Of a DNA stretch of 64,000 bases, positions 1 through 13,100 are shown piece after piece. The notes under the pieces were generated by a model. It ran no database searches. It was not told the DNA's origin and worked only from the letters and a program-made list of their open reading frames with translations. Positions within the stretch are counted from its first letter, which is position 1, and the number at the start of each line of letters is the position of its first letter. This stretch comes from Callorhinchus milii (taxonomy: Eukaryota): contig NW_024704743.1 in assembly GCF_018977255.1 (NCBI RefSeq), positions 80,850,001 through 80,914,000 of the forward strand, in the 5' to 3' direction. Both the position numbers and the translations under genes were made by a program.

Positions 1-590
1 TACTGGACTTTTTCCCCTGGAAGGCCAATCAAGTACAAGAGGAACATAACTTCAAAATTAAGGCTAAATGGATTAAAATTGAGAAATGGATGAATTCCTT
101 TTCACAGTGATTATGGAAGAAATTCCGGGGATTCAAGGAGGAGATGCTTTGGAAATAGAAATCTTAATTCTAAATCCTTGTCATGGACATTTCGGGCCCT
201 GGTTCCCTAGCCTCAAATCTTTCTCACAGGATCACTTCAAGCATCTATCCAAGAGTCAGAAGATAATGCATCCTAGTTTTATATAATAAACATTAATTTG
301 ATAGTTTAATGAAGAAACACAGACAGTGACAACAGATATCCTCTATTCTACTTTTAGGGGTCAAAAATATGACTTGTGATATCATAGCATTCACCACATT
401 TCTCCCCATTATTTTTACAATGCCCTGTTGTCACCTTTGAAAACATTCTCAGTAGAATTCTAAGGAAGTCTGGCAACAGTCTCTAAAAACAGTACAGATA
501 GGCTTCTCAAGAAAGGATAATGCTCTATCATGTTACCCACAAGTCAAGGCTGTCTGTTGCTTACTCAATACTAACCATTATTCCAGCCTT

Positions 591-904
591 TTAATTCACA
601 GTGTTTTCAATGGGCATGTTTATATGAAGCCTGCGCAGTAGTTTTTGATAGACACTGTGAATATTGGCTAACTCCAGGCCATACAGTAAGCTCTTCACAG
701 TATCTGCTCCATCATTTTCAATTTTCCATTGTTTCAGAAGATGGAGAAGGTGAATTTTGATCATATTTGTCCTCCTACTCCAATCCAAGTGTTCCACATT
801 CATTTTCTTCCCAGGTAAATTCTCCAGCAGTTTTCTCAGCTGCTGAGATGTCAATTTCTGACGGGTGATAAATGTAAACACCGCCTCATCACACAGTGTG
901 ATAT
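591..904 (-). CDS. TNFRSF11B: TNFRSF11B terminal coding exon (single death-like domain, ends at TAA)
   Basis: ttcttgctttgtacag acceptor. ITLCDEAVF...LLENLPGKKMNVE...LLKQWK...YQKLL resembles the OPG death-domain-homologous repeats and the DcR3 C-terminal domain. The frame stays open to the stop at 593-591. Confidence 0.87.
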
Positions 905-3900
905 CTGTACAAAGCAAGAAAAGTTACTGGAGAAGCTTATCAATCGCTACTTTATTCTTCAACCCTACTGATGTTTTACGGCTCCTTAATTATTTTTGGT
1001 CAGCCAGGTATATTATGGAACCCCATCATCATCCCCTTATTCATACAAAGAGTAATAATAACAATAATCCTTGCATTAGATATAGCGACTTATTACGTTG
1101 TTGAGGTGTCCAACAACAACAAATTAACAAATTTGTATCTAACAAATCTAAAATAATTTTTTGTTGAGGTAACGGAGAGGGTAGATAAAGGTAGTGCAGT
1201 TGATGTAGTTTATATGGACTTTCAAAAGGCATTTGACAAAGTGCCACATGAAGTGGAGTCCTGTAGCTCAGTGGTTAGAGCACTCGCTTTGCAAGTGAGA
1301 GACCTGAGTTCAATTCCAGGCAGGGCGAAACCTTGGGCAAGTTTCCTTACTCCACACGCCTAATAATAATCCCTCCAAAACCAAAAACAATAATAAATTG
1401 GTCATTTTCAATCTACGACTGTTTGTGGGACGTTGCTGTGCGCAATTGGCTGCCGCGTTTGCCCACAAATATACAGTCAATTCACTTTACAGTGTGTTCT
1501 GTGAACCGCTTTGGGACGTCCTCCCGACGTGAAAAGCGCTATATCAAATGCAAGGATTATTATTATTATTATTATGAAAGACTTGTAAGAAAGATAGAAG
1601 CCCGTGGTATAAAAGGGACAGTGGCAGCATGGATCCAGAACTGGAAGAACAGAACAGGGGGTTGGGATGGGGTGGGGAGGGTATGTTTGGAGGGCAGGGA
1701 GGGTAGAGATAGGAATGGGGGGTTAAAGGAACAGTTGAAGTGGAGGGTCTTGAGACGTGCCTTGAAGGAGGCAAGGGAGGGAGTGAGGCGAAGGGACTGT
1801 GAGATGGAGTTCCAAAATGGTAGGGCAGAGAGACTGAAGGCCCGACCTCTGTTGGTGGGGCAGGGCAGGGCAGGCAAGGGACGTGGAGCAGGCTGGAGCC
1901 TGCTGACCAGAGGGACAGGTCGATATGGCGTTAGCAGTTCCATGAAGTCGGAAGGAGCGAGCTCTTAAGGGCTTTAAAAGCAAGGACGAGGATTTTGAAC
2001 TTTATCCTCTGTGGGGATGGGGAGCCAGTGGAGCTGGACAATGGTGGGGGTGATAAGATCACAGAGCTTGAAGCTTGTGGAGGGAACAGTTAAGCCGACA
2101 AACAGGAAGTTGGCCTAAATGAAGGAATGTATGAAGGTTTTGGTGGCTTACACTGTGAGATAGTGGTGGAGCTTGGCGATGTTGCGGAGGTGGGGGAAGG
2201 CAGAGCGGGTCATGGCACGAATGTGGGGTAGAAATGGCAGTTGAAGGTCAAACAAGACGCCAAGGTTTGAGACTGGCTCGGTGAGGTGGAGTGAGCAACC
2301 ATGGATGGTGATGCTACCAGTGCCTGAGGTGAGGAGGCGCTAACGGGAGCCAATCAGGAGAGCCTCGGTCTTGTTGACGTTCAACAGGAGAAAGTTAGCT
2401 CTCATCCAGGATTTGGATGTAAAGTGGATTGGCTGTATTTGTGGGCAAAATGGATAGGACTGACATACAACTCTTTGCAGTCATTCAAGTTAACTAGTCA
2501 TTCAAGCTGTTGGAAAGCACTGTGTGTACTTTTCTTTATGGGTACATAATGTCAAAATGTATCTCAGGGAATTAACTCAAATAACTACATAGAGGCTGGG
2601 AAAATAGGTTTGATTTTCTGTACACAGTGAAAATTGCAGAGCATCTGAACAAAGTGTGGGGTGAAATTTGGCCCAGTTGGTAGCACTCTTATCTCTGAGT
2701 CAGAAGGTGGTGAGTTCAAACCCCGTGTGGGGAAATCTAGGCTGACATTTCAAATAAAGTGCTGTGGATGCACTGCAGAAGTACCTTCCTTCAAATGAGG
2801 CATAAAACCAAAGTCCCGTCTGCCTGTTCAGGTGGATGTTAAAGAACCTGTCAACAATCAGCCAAATAAAATTGATCATTCACTTTAAGGCTGTTTGTGG
2901 GATGTTGCTGTGAACAAATTGATTGCTGCGTACACCTATAAATACAGTCATACAGTCACTGCATATTGCAGTAAAATTTTGTGCAATATTTTGAGATGTC
3001 CCCCTCTCCCCTGTGAAAGGCACTAAATCAAATGCAAAATACTAATATTAATAATTATTCTTGCATTTGATATGGCACCTTATCACGTTGTTTGAAAGCA
3101 TTCAAAAATATAATAAAATATAATATCATAAAATGCAAGGACATTATATATGTAAATATTATATAGAGGATTTTTTAAAAATTGCAGGATTTTGTAATGT
3201 GTTCCTTGTGGTGTTTACGTTATGAAACGTTGAAAATATAACTTCTAAAATACAATCATTCGTTGTAGGATGTTATTCTAGAACAACAAGTACCTTTTGC
3301 ACAGTTTACCAATAAAGCACAAATTGACGCATTTTATCTGATGACGTGATGTGCTTTTCATGCTACTGAATAAATATTTATCAGGTTGCTTGTCCAGTAT
3401 TTTCATTTCATAACCTATTGCTCTGATTTAAAGCTAAAGGTTGAACATTACAAAAACTGTTGTAAACTCTTGTAAATAATAATACAATACAAATGTACTT
3501 TATATGGCACCTTTCACATCAGGAAGAAGTCCCAAGGTGCTATCAACTGAGCTATAACTTATTAGAAATAACTTGAACTTGAAATCTTTTAGTGCCTTGT
3601 ATGCCATGATGTTTCTAAGCAATTGTTGTGACTGTATTTTCTAGGCGAACACAGCAGCTATTTTGAATACAAGATCCCACAAGCAATGAGGTGAATGACA
3701 AAATAATCTCATGAATTGTTGATAAGAATATCAGGAGGTACTCCTTTCCCTTTTCAGCATAGTTTCATAAGAACTACCTGAACAGATGGACCTCAGTTTA
3801 AGATCTTAGCCAAAGGACTGTCCCTCTGACAATGCAGCACTCCCCCAACACCGGACTGGAATGTCAGACAAGATTGTGAGTTTGCAGTTCTCTTAGATCT

Positions 3901-6900
3901 CTCAAAAGTCTGACTGAAAGATGAAAATGCGAGCAATTGAACTAAGTTGATAACATGGTCACACAAAGAGCCGTGAGGTGAATGACCGACTAAATGATTG
4001 TTGGTTAAGTCACTGGTCAAACCTCCTTTCTATTTTCAAATATATTCATGGGAATTTTGATGTAGATACAATAGAATACAAAATTACATTTGTATAGCGC
4101 CTTCTACGCTGATCTGAAGCCGACAGAACCTTGGCTTTACATCGCATCCAAAGTACCCAACTACCTATAGTGTGAAACCTTATGTAACAATGTGTGGGAA
4201 ATGGAAACAGCACATTGGTACAGTAAGTTATTATAGTAAAGAAGATGAGCAGAGATGTGGATAAAGAACATTTACAGGGTGGGCAACAGGAACTTTACAC
4301 ATTATCCGTCATTAAATTATTGAAAGAACTGACATGAGCGTGAGTTGGGGCCACACACAGATATTCCGTGTATGACAGAGTAAGCACAAAATGATGCATT
4401 TTTCTGATGATGTGATGTGCTTTTCATGCTATTGAATAAATATTTATCATACTGATTAAATCTGCTCCTTCATGCGTCACAACTTTTGTTAGTGAAAGAC
4501 TACTCAGTCTTCATGAAAGCAAAATAAAGATTTATTTTATGGAATAGACGAATATCACTCCAATATTTTGTGCAGATATCATTTTCAGGTTTAGTTTTTA
4601 GTTGGGTGCAAAATGCAGACAGAACCTTTCTGCCAAGGTGGATGGAGAGGGGGAAGTGATCATAAGATCTACCTGAACAGATGGACCTCAGTTTAAGATC
4701 TTAGCCAAAGGAGAATCAAAGAGGCAGGTCTTGAGACCGATGTTGAATGAGGTGAGGGAAGGAGTGAGTCGGAGGGATTCCATACCAAGGGTACCTTATG
4801 ACCTGGAAGTTGTTCATTTAAGTGCAAAAAGTCATTTGGCTCACAGAAAGCAAATGATCCAGAGTGCGATTGCAATTTGTGCTACAGTGAAGCTTGTTTT
4901 ATAACAGGGCTGCACTATAATAACAAGATACCTTATTTTTGGTCAGCTGAATGTCTTGACACATGCAGGAACCTTCATATTGTACAGAATTGTAGATTTT
5001 CAGCAAAGTCATTTGGAAGTTAAAATTATCGAATCCCGTCGAGTTTTATTTCAAACTCAACATTCTGGCAGACTGATAAAAGATCATTTTGTCTTTTAAT
5101 AGTTTTCAATTGCAGCTAACTCAATCTTGGTCAAGGATTACTGGACTGGGCAATACACATAATAAACATGCCAAGTATTACAAACTTAACAAAATACTGC
5201 TTTATACGTGCAAGTACTTACTGTTATAAATTGGAGGATCTAAACATTCTGAGTCCAAAGCATTTTTGTTCTCACATGGCTTGCAAATGCTATCTTGAAA
5301 TGCATCTCCTCGAAAAGCCAATTTTAAACCAATAGCAGTGCAATTTGAGTGCTTTTTACAGGGGTGTTTGGCAGACCAAATGGCCGAGAAAAAGCCCTTT
5401 GGACACCTCATACATTCTGTATCTGCATATGGTGTTCCTAAAGAAAATATCAGAAAAGAAAATATCACAAAAGAAGTGAGGATGAAGAAGGCCTTTCGAC
5501 TCATTTCACATCATTTTTTCAGAATACCTATCCTACTATCTTCTCATTGCAGCAACAAGCTGTTGCTTAAAATGAATGCAGTGCTCTGGCCTCGGACCTG
5601 TGACCCATTCCAATCTGTGTAAATAAATACTTCCTGCTATCTGTCCTCTTGTTCTTTTGCCTTGACTTCTCTGAAATAATTATTTGGGGTTTACTTTCTC
5701 AATTCTATTTGCAATCTTTATAAGGTTCCTTCTGAGACACTGCTTTCAAATCTGAAAAGCCCTATGTTATTGAATTGGCCCTAACAGTTCATTCCTCTAA
5801 CGTTAGGGATAATAATCCTTGCATTTGATATAGCGCCTTATCACATCTTCTAGACGTCTCAAAGCGCTTCACAGAATATACTGTAAAGTGAATTGACTGT
5901 ATGTTTACAAGCGAGAGACCTGAGTTCAATTCCAGGCAGGGCGAAACCTTGGGCAAGTTTCCTTACTCCACACGCCTAATAATAATCCCTCCAAAACCAA
6001 AAACAATAATAAATTGGTCATTTTCAATCCACGACTGTTTGTGGGGCATTGCTATGCGCAATTGGCTGCCTCATTCGCCCACAAATATACAGTCAATTCA
6101 CTTTACAGTGTGTTCTGTGAAGCGCTTTGGGACGTCCTCCCGACGTGAACAGTGCTATATCAAATGCAAGGATTATTATTATTTATTATGTTTTGTGGGC
6201 AAAACATGGCAGTGAATTACGCACAGCAGGGTCCCACAAACAGTCATGGACTAAGAGATTAAATTTTTTTTTTTTTAAGGCATTATTACACCCAGAAAAG
6301 CGATCCACCAATCGACTAACAACCGGGTTCATATTTACTCCTAGATGAACAGAGGCATGTGGAGTAAGGAAACATGCCCAACCTTTCACCTTGCTGGGAA
6401 TTGAACTCAGATCCTCTCGCTTGCGAGGCGAGTGCTCTAACCACTGAGAACTTCACATACAGCGATCACCATCATTGCTCTGCTTCTAGGGCCAGGACAG
6501 TTGCATTATGTTGTGGTGAGAAGGAAAAGTTTTAGACTAGAGCCAAAATACTTCTTGCAACCATTGATTTTAACTCTATGAGAATTAACCTAATTTTCTA
6601 TTGTATTATCATTGCATTCAGCATTTTGGGAATTCTACCAACATGAAAGACGCTATATAAATGCAATTTGATGTTATTGTTGTAACAGCCTCGAGAGTCA
6701 TAACTTGTGCTCATGGCCAAACAGACAGTATTATGCCTTCAAGTACAACACAGCTCTTTTCTATCGGGTATGCAATAGAATATACTGTACACAGTTAACG
6801 GTGTATTATGGCACAGACCAGTGAGCTAGTCATTGGGGAAGTTAGCAGATTTCAGTAAAACCCATTCCTGGCAACTTTAAACACTACATTGTAATGCTTT

Positions 6901-9900
6901 TGACAGATGCTTAAATTAGTTGATTTAGAAACCATCCTTTAATAAAACAATGAGGGGAACAGTCAGGATTATAGGAGTCTGTCCTTTAATGAGGATTGTG
7001 TATGTATCAAAATGTCTTGGACATTGTTAACATAAGGTTTCTTGTAAAATAACAAAGTTTATGATTACATTTGTGCAGGCTAAGAGCACATTTATGCCAA
7101 CACTTGCAGTTTAGTTCAGAAACACCCATGTGTTGATGCCTCGCCCTTGAGCTCATAATGTTTCTCTGATTTTCTTTGATTTTCACACCAAATCTGTTAT
7201 TGCCATGATGACCGGCGGGCACAGTGATTTTCCTAAATAAGGTAGCTCACCAACCCCCCAAGCACCTTGCCAATAATATTTTCAACCATTTGTCTCAAGC
7301 TAAACTGATCTGCAAAGGTGTGTCGCAAATTGTAATTACGACCACTTTTTAACAACAAAATTCACCTTCTCCCATTTCTGTTTTTCTCCCCTCTTTCTTG
7401 CCTGAAACCAATGACTTCTGTTCACTTCCACTGATTCTTGACAGCCTCCAGTACCTTGCCCAACTAAACGCTTTTCTTGGTTCGATCTGGTCAATTGTGC
7501 CGGTTGCTAACACTAGTGATTATATTTTGCACTGCATGTTTATACATCTCTCAGATAAGACCTTAAACCGAGTTCCTTTCTGCCTGTCAGCCAGCATCTA
7601 CGGAGAAAGGAAACGTTTCAGGTACATAACGCTTCGTCAGAACGTTCTTTCTGCCTATTCAGGTGGATGTTAAAGATCCCATAGCGCTGCTCGAAAAGAG
7701 AAGGAAGTTTCTCCCAACGTCTCATCCCCCAGTTAAAATTGTTCATTCACTTCATGGCTGTTTCATGACTGTTTGTGGGACATTGCTGTGTGAAAATCAT
7801 CTGCTGTGTTTGCCTACAAATACACAGTTACTACACTTCACAAAACTTTTGTGAATCACTGTGAGATGATCCTAGCATTATAAAAATTGTACGAAAAATC
7901 CCGTGAAGCACTTTGACACATTTCAGCAATGTGATAAGGCACTATGTTAAATGCAAGGATTATTACTATGGATTTTCCAATTATAAAACTATAACAAAAG
8001 AAATTGCTGCTGTTAGTGATCAATGCATGATAGAATCTTTTAACTGTTAACAGGTTATTCAGCAGTGGGGGTTGGGGTGAGGTTGGGGCCCGATCCTGCC
8101 CTCACCAGCAGGAGCCCAAAAATCTTCATGAACTTAGACTTGGATCAAAGACTGAAATTGGATTGTCTGGAATTCTGGTAAACAATCTTCAATTGAGTCT
8201 TTATTTCAAAGCTGATTTTCCACATTACCTGAATCTATGAAGTACTCTGATGTACTATGAGTGACCCATTGCATAAGTGCAAGTTGTTGTTGTTATCTAT
8301 TGCCTAACTTTTCACTCTGATAATGCCTCGCATCCCAATAATGCTAAGCAGAATAAACTCATTTTCTGTAGAGAAGCTATTTTATGTCACTCTGGCTCAT
8401 GCAACTTTAGCTTTGACCCAAGATCTCTTCTAACCTGAAGTTTCATGAGTCGGTGTGACAGATGGGGGTTTCTCTGCAGAAAGCTCAGTTTACCTCATGG
8501 ATGCATTTTTTGACAGATATGCCATTCAAGTGTTGTGTTTCCAACCGTATGTTAGCATTGCGGTGTTTTACAAGAAGCTTAGGCATTTGTCTTACTCTGA
8601 TTTGTAAAGATAAAAATAAATTCTCAATGTCAATTCCCATAGTGTAAGATCACCATAGAATTGACTCCCTTAGCCATGAATGTACACAGAGATGTGTTTG
8701 GCAATTGATGTAATGACAGGGTGAATTTCCAGGTGTCAATAACATCAGTAATGAAATGGAAATGAAAGGCTTCTCGTTAAACTAAAAACCACAGGAACCC
8801 GGGATGGAATATGGGACTGGTTATAAAATAGGAAACAGAACACAATTGCAAGGTGTGTAATGTCAGATGGGGAAGGAGAGACAGAGGGGAGAGTGACAAT
8901 GGGGGGTGAGTATATTGAATATAGTCCCTCGAGGGACAATGCTTGGCCCGTTATTATTTCTAATATACATAAATGACCTGAATACCAAAACCAACTGTAA
9001 CCAGTTAAGTTCGAGGAGCTCAGGAGATGTAGCAAAGGTTTTTTGAAAGGATTTAGGTCGGTTGTGCAAGTGAGCAAATACAAGGCAAATGAAATGTAAC
9101 ACTCATAAGTATAAAGCATTCCACATGGGTAGAAAAATTGGGGCTTAAGAATAGAATGAACGAATTGAATTTGAGCAGGGAGATCTTGAAAGGAACCTAC
9201 GAGTAATGGTAGACTTGTTTCTGTCAAAGTCTAGACAATATGTTGAAGCAATTTAAAAGGCTGATAAAATGCCAACATATAAAAGCAGACAAGTATTAAA
9301 GTCTATAGATGTTCTGCTAAGGGTTTACAATGTATTAAACAGACCACGTCATTTGCTCTTATTGAGGTTGCCACCAACCTTTGAGATGTGGAAAGAGGCT
9401 AGCAATAGTAATAATAATGCTTGCACTTAATGTAATGCCTTATCATGTCATCAAGATATCTGAAAGTGCTTCACAAGCTTTTTTTACAATGAAGTGTAGT
9501 GACTGTATTTGCAGCCAAAATACAGGCATAGCAGACTTAAGAGGTTAATGCACTTGCTTGTTAAGCTGCTGAACTGCAAATTACTAAACCTTGAAAATAG
9601 TGGATATGGTCACCCTGTTGAGAAAGGCACTGTATCAAATGCAAGGATTATTACTATTATTACAACAACAGCAAATTACATTTGTATAGCAGCTTTCACA
9701 TGGGGAGGTCATCACAAGGTGCTGGACAGTAAAGGATTTATGCCCAAGCAGGGGTTGGGATTAGATGGGATGGAGGGCAGGAAGATTGGGCGAATGACCG
9801 AAGGAGTGGACGAAGAGGAATGTGTTGAGACAGGCTTTAAAGAAGGCAAGCAAGATGAAGGGACTGTGGGATGGAGTTCCAGAGGGTGGGGGCAGAAAGG

Positions 9901-10110
9901 CTGAAGGCCTAATGGTGGAGCAGGAAGGTCGGGGATATGGAGCAGGCCAGAGCTCATTGAGCAGAGGGAGCGGATTGGTCGGTATGGACCTGGTATGGTT
10001 CATAGTGGATGACACCTGGGAAAATTGTATTTCTTCTCCATAATCTCTGATCAGATCTGGCACCGTGAATGCATATTTTCCATTGCAGCAAATGTTTCAT
10101 CGACTGGAGG

Positions 10111-10161
<51 letters not shown>

Positions 10162-13100
10162 GGATGAACTTACTGCACCAACCAAACAATGTTTAGTGGG
10201 TCTTTTAGATCCAGCTGATCACTGGTACAGTTTTACGAAACATGCATTAAGTTTCTCACACATTCTTCATTGCTTGGATCAAGGATATCTTTTGAAAACT
10301 TTTCTTCATTTGATAGCTTCTGCTCTAATAATGTTAACAATACAAAACAATATAAAAAAGGCAAAATACAGATGCTGAAAATCTGAAATAAAACCAGAAG
10401 TCACTGGGAACACTTAGCAGGTCAGGCAGTTTCTATGGAGAGAACAAAAAGTGGTTTAACGTTTCAGATTGATTCGTCTTTCAGGAGAAGTGGAGGGTGG
10501 GTGACAAAAGGCCATTGACCTGTAACGCAAAACAATATTAATTCCGTTCCACTGGAGGAAAGTGTTGGGAAACAAAAACACAAGAGAATCCAGCAAGCAG
10601 AAGAATGCATCCCTCTACCATAAAGTTTCCTTTACCAATCCTCTGCTCCATGTGCTGAATCTGTCGATGTGGGCAAAGTGCTATTTGGTTTTGTTCTGTT
10701 CTGTTGTTTTAAATAGTGTCTCTGTACACTTTAAAAAGTTTTGCAATTCAATCTCCTATTGATATTGCAACCTTATTTATAAATTAAATTAAAATTGCAT
10801 TAAATATTACAAGTACAAGTTACTTATAAGTACCCAGGGATAAATTCACAAAGACCCTGTGTTAGTTTGGCACAGTGGTAGCACTTTCACTTCTGAGTCA
10901 GAAGATTGTGGATTCAAGTCCCACATTGGGACTTAGAATCACAAACTCTAAGCTGACACTCCAATGCAGTGCTGGGGTGGGGAGGGGTTACATAGTTGGA
11001 GGTGCTTTCCTTCAAATAAGATGTTAAACCAAGTCCCGCCTACCCATTCAAGTGGGCATTAAGGATCCCATTGCACCCACAAATACATAGTCACTCTACT
11101 TCACAGTAAAATCCTATGAGGCATTTTGAGATGACCTCCTGATGTGAAAGGCGCTATACCAAGTACAAGGATTACTAGTATTATAATTAAACCTAACTGA
11201 ATGAACAGAATATTGCTTTGCCCAAAGCAACAATCTCACTACAAAGAACGCACAGAACAAAATAGCCTCTTAAATTTTATCCTTGGCCTTCTACCTAGAA
11301 TTGATTTTATGAAGTGTCGAATTTAGCTCTGAAGTGAACCACAAGCTGGGAACTGGCAGTGAATGCTCCTATTTTTATGGTTTGGTATTTTAGAGAACCA
11401 AGAGAGACACAAATATTGAGCCAAATTCATATGGAGTCCTGTAGCTCAGTGGTTAGAGCACTCGCTTTGCAAGTGAGAGACCTGAGTTCAATTCCAGGCA
11501 GGGCGAAACCTTGGGCAAGTTTCCTTACTCCACACAGAGCCTAATAATAATCCCTCCAAAAAACCAAAAACAATAATTAAATTGGTCATTTTCAATCTAC
11601 GACTGTTTGTGGGACATTGCTGTACGCAATTGGCTGCCGCGTTCGCCCACAAATATACAGTCAATTCACTTTACAGTGTGTTCTGTGAAGCGCTTTGGGA
11701 CGTCCTCCTGACGTGAAAAGCGCTATATCAAATGCAAGGATTATTATTATTATTATTATTATTATATGACCATTTTATCAGCACTTGCACTTGCAGCTTT
11801 AAGAACAATGAATGGTATATATATTTTCCATGAAGGAAATGCTCATTTGTCGGGTCCAAGAATCCTTCAGCACATTGTTTTTAACAGTTTGAAAGCAAAA
11901 GTAATATATTCCCTTTTTTGTATTTAACTCTTTTGAGGCTATTTGGTGCTGGGGTAATAACGTTGGTATATAACTGATGCTGGTTTGATTCGATACGTCA
12001 GTGGCCTTGCATAGTTACAAAACTATATTCTGTAAAGTTCTTAGTTCTTTTGTGCAAAATATATTTCATTTCTTTCTGTTCTCTTTGCTAAAATAACTTG
12101 CGTTTTTAAAACATTTTCAATTGCATATTTTATGATGTAACCTTCTTTGTTTTATAAAGTTTGTGACCAGGAAGAGTTGCGTTGGGTAAGAGTATCTAAT
12201 GCTAGTGTAAAAGTTGTATTGGCTCCAAGGTAAAAACCCTAATTTTACTGGAAGAATTTTTNGTACCACTACTGAATGAATCATTCCAACTACCTATAAT
12301 CATAGCCCTAGTTGCAATCATCACAAAGCAAAAGATTACCACGGAGGCAGAACGCTGAGAGGAATAGTGTAACCAGATACTGTACACTGCATATCATTGA
12401 GCACAACAACAACAACAACAATATTTCATTTATAGAGCGCCTTTCACGTCGGGAGGACGTCCCAAGGCACTGGACAGTTGGGTCAGGACCCGAGCAGTGG
12501 GGAAATGGTCAGGGTGAGGGGAGGGAAGGGAGGGAGCGAGGAGGGGGTAGAGAGTCGAGAGGGGAGCTGAAGGCACGGTCAAAGAGAAAGGTCTTGAGAC
12601 CGGCCGTGAAGGAGGAAAAGGAGGAGGCGGCGAAGGCACTGGGGGATAGAGTTCCAGAGCCTCGGGGCTGAGAGGCTGAAGGCCCGACCACCGATGGTAG
12701 GGCGATTGGGGCGGGGGATGTGGAGCAGACCGGAGCCAGAGGAACGGAGGGTACGGGCAGGTAGGTAGGGGGATAGTAGGTCAGTAGGGAGAGGGGAACA
12801 AGACCCCATTTCTAACTACGCCCTGCAAAGGGCAGCAGAACCCAGAGGCAGGGAAGCCTTGGTCTTGAATGCGCAGAGGAAACCCAAACCCCCGCCACAA
12901 GGTGCCGGGTCTGTTGATACTGTCATAGGATAATAACATGCTGCGTCTTTTCTGTATTGGGTTTGATACTGTCTGAGATAAGCGTAAATATATATATACT
13001 ACTATCCCCCTATCTACCTGCCCGTATCCTCCGTTCGTCTGGCTCCGGTCTGCTCCACAACCCCCGCCCCAACCACCCTACCATCAGTGGCTGGGCCTTC

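Noticed and set aside
1255..1330. tRNA-Ala(TGC)-like cloverleaf (also at 11433, 18515, 39138, 44491)
   Set aside because: Each continues into the same body and L2-type tail with short target duplications, so these are SINE heads rather than tRNA genes.
1333..1968. 211-aa ORF and other recurring MGKFPYSTRL...CKDYYYY ORFs
   Set aside because: Chance read-through across SINE, CR1 and antisense L2 sequence.
3335..3372. Box C/D snoRNA-like TGATGA...CTGA motif
   Set aside because: Too short, no terminal stem, and the D box is lost in the duplicate copy.
8745..9227. 160-aa minus-strand ORF in the TNFRSF11B intron
   Set aside because: No recognisable domain, non-ATG start, and neighbouring sequence looks like decayed LINE.
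12262..12262. Ambiguous base n
   Set aside because: Assembly ambiguity or possible gap marker, not biology; local contiguity should be treated with some caution.
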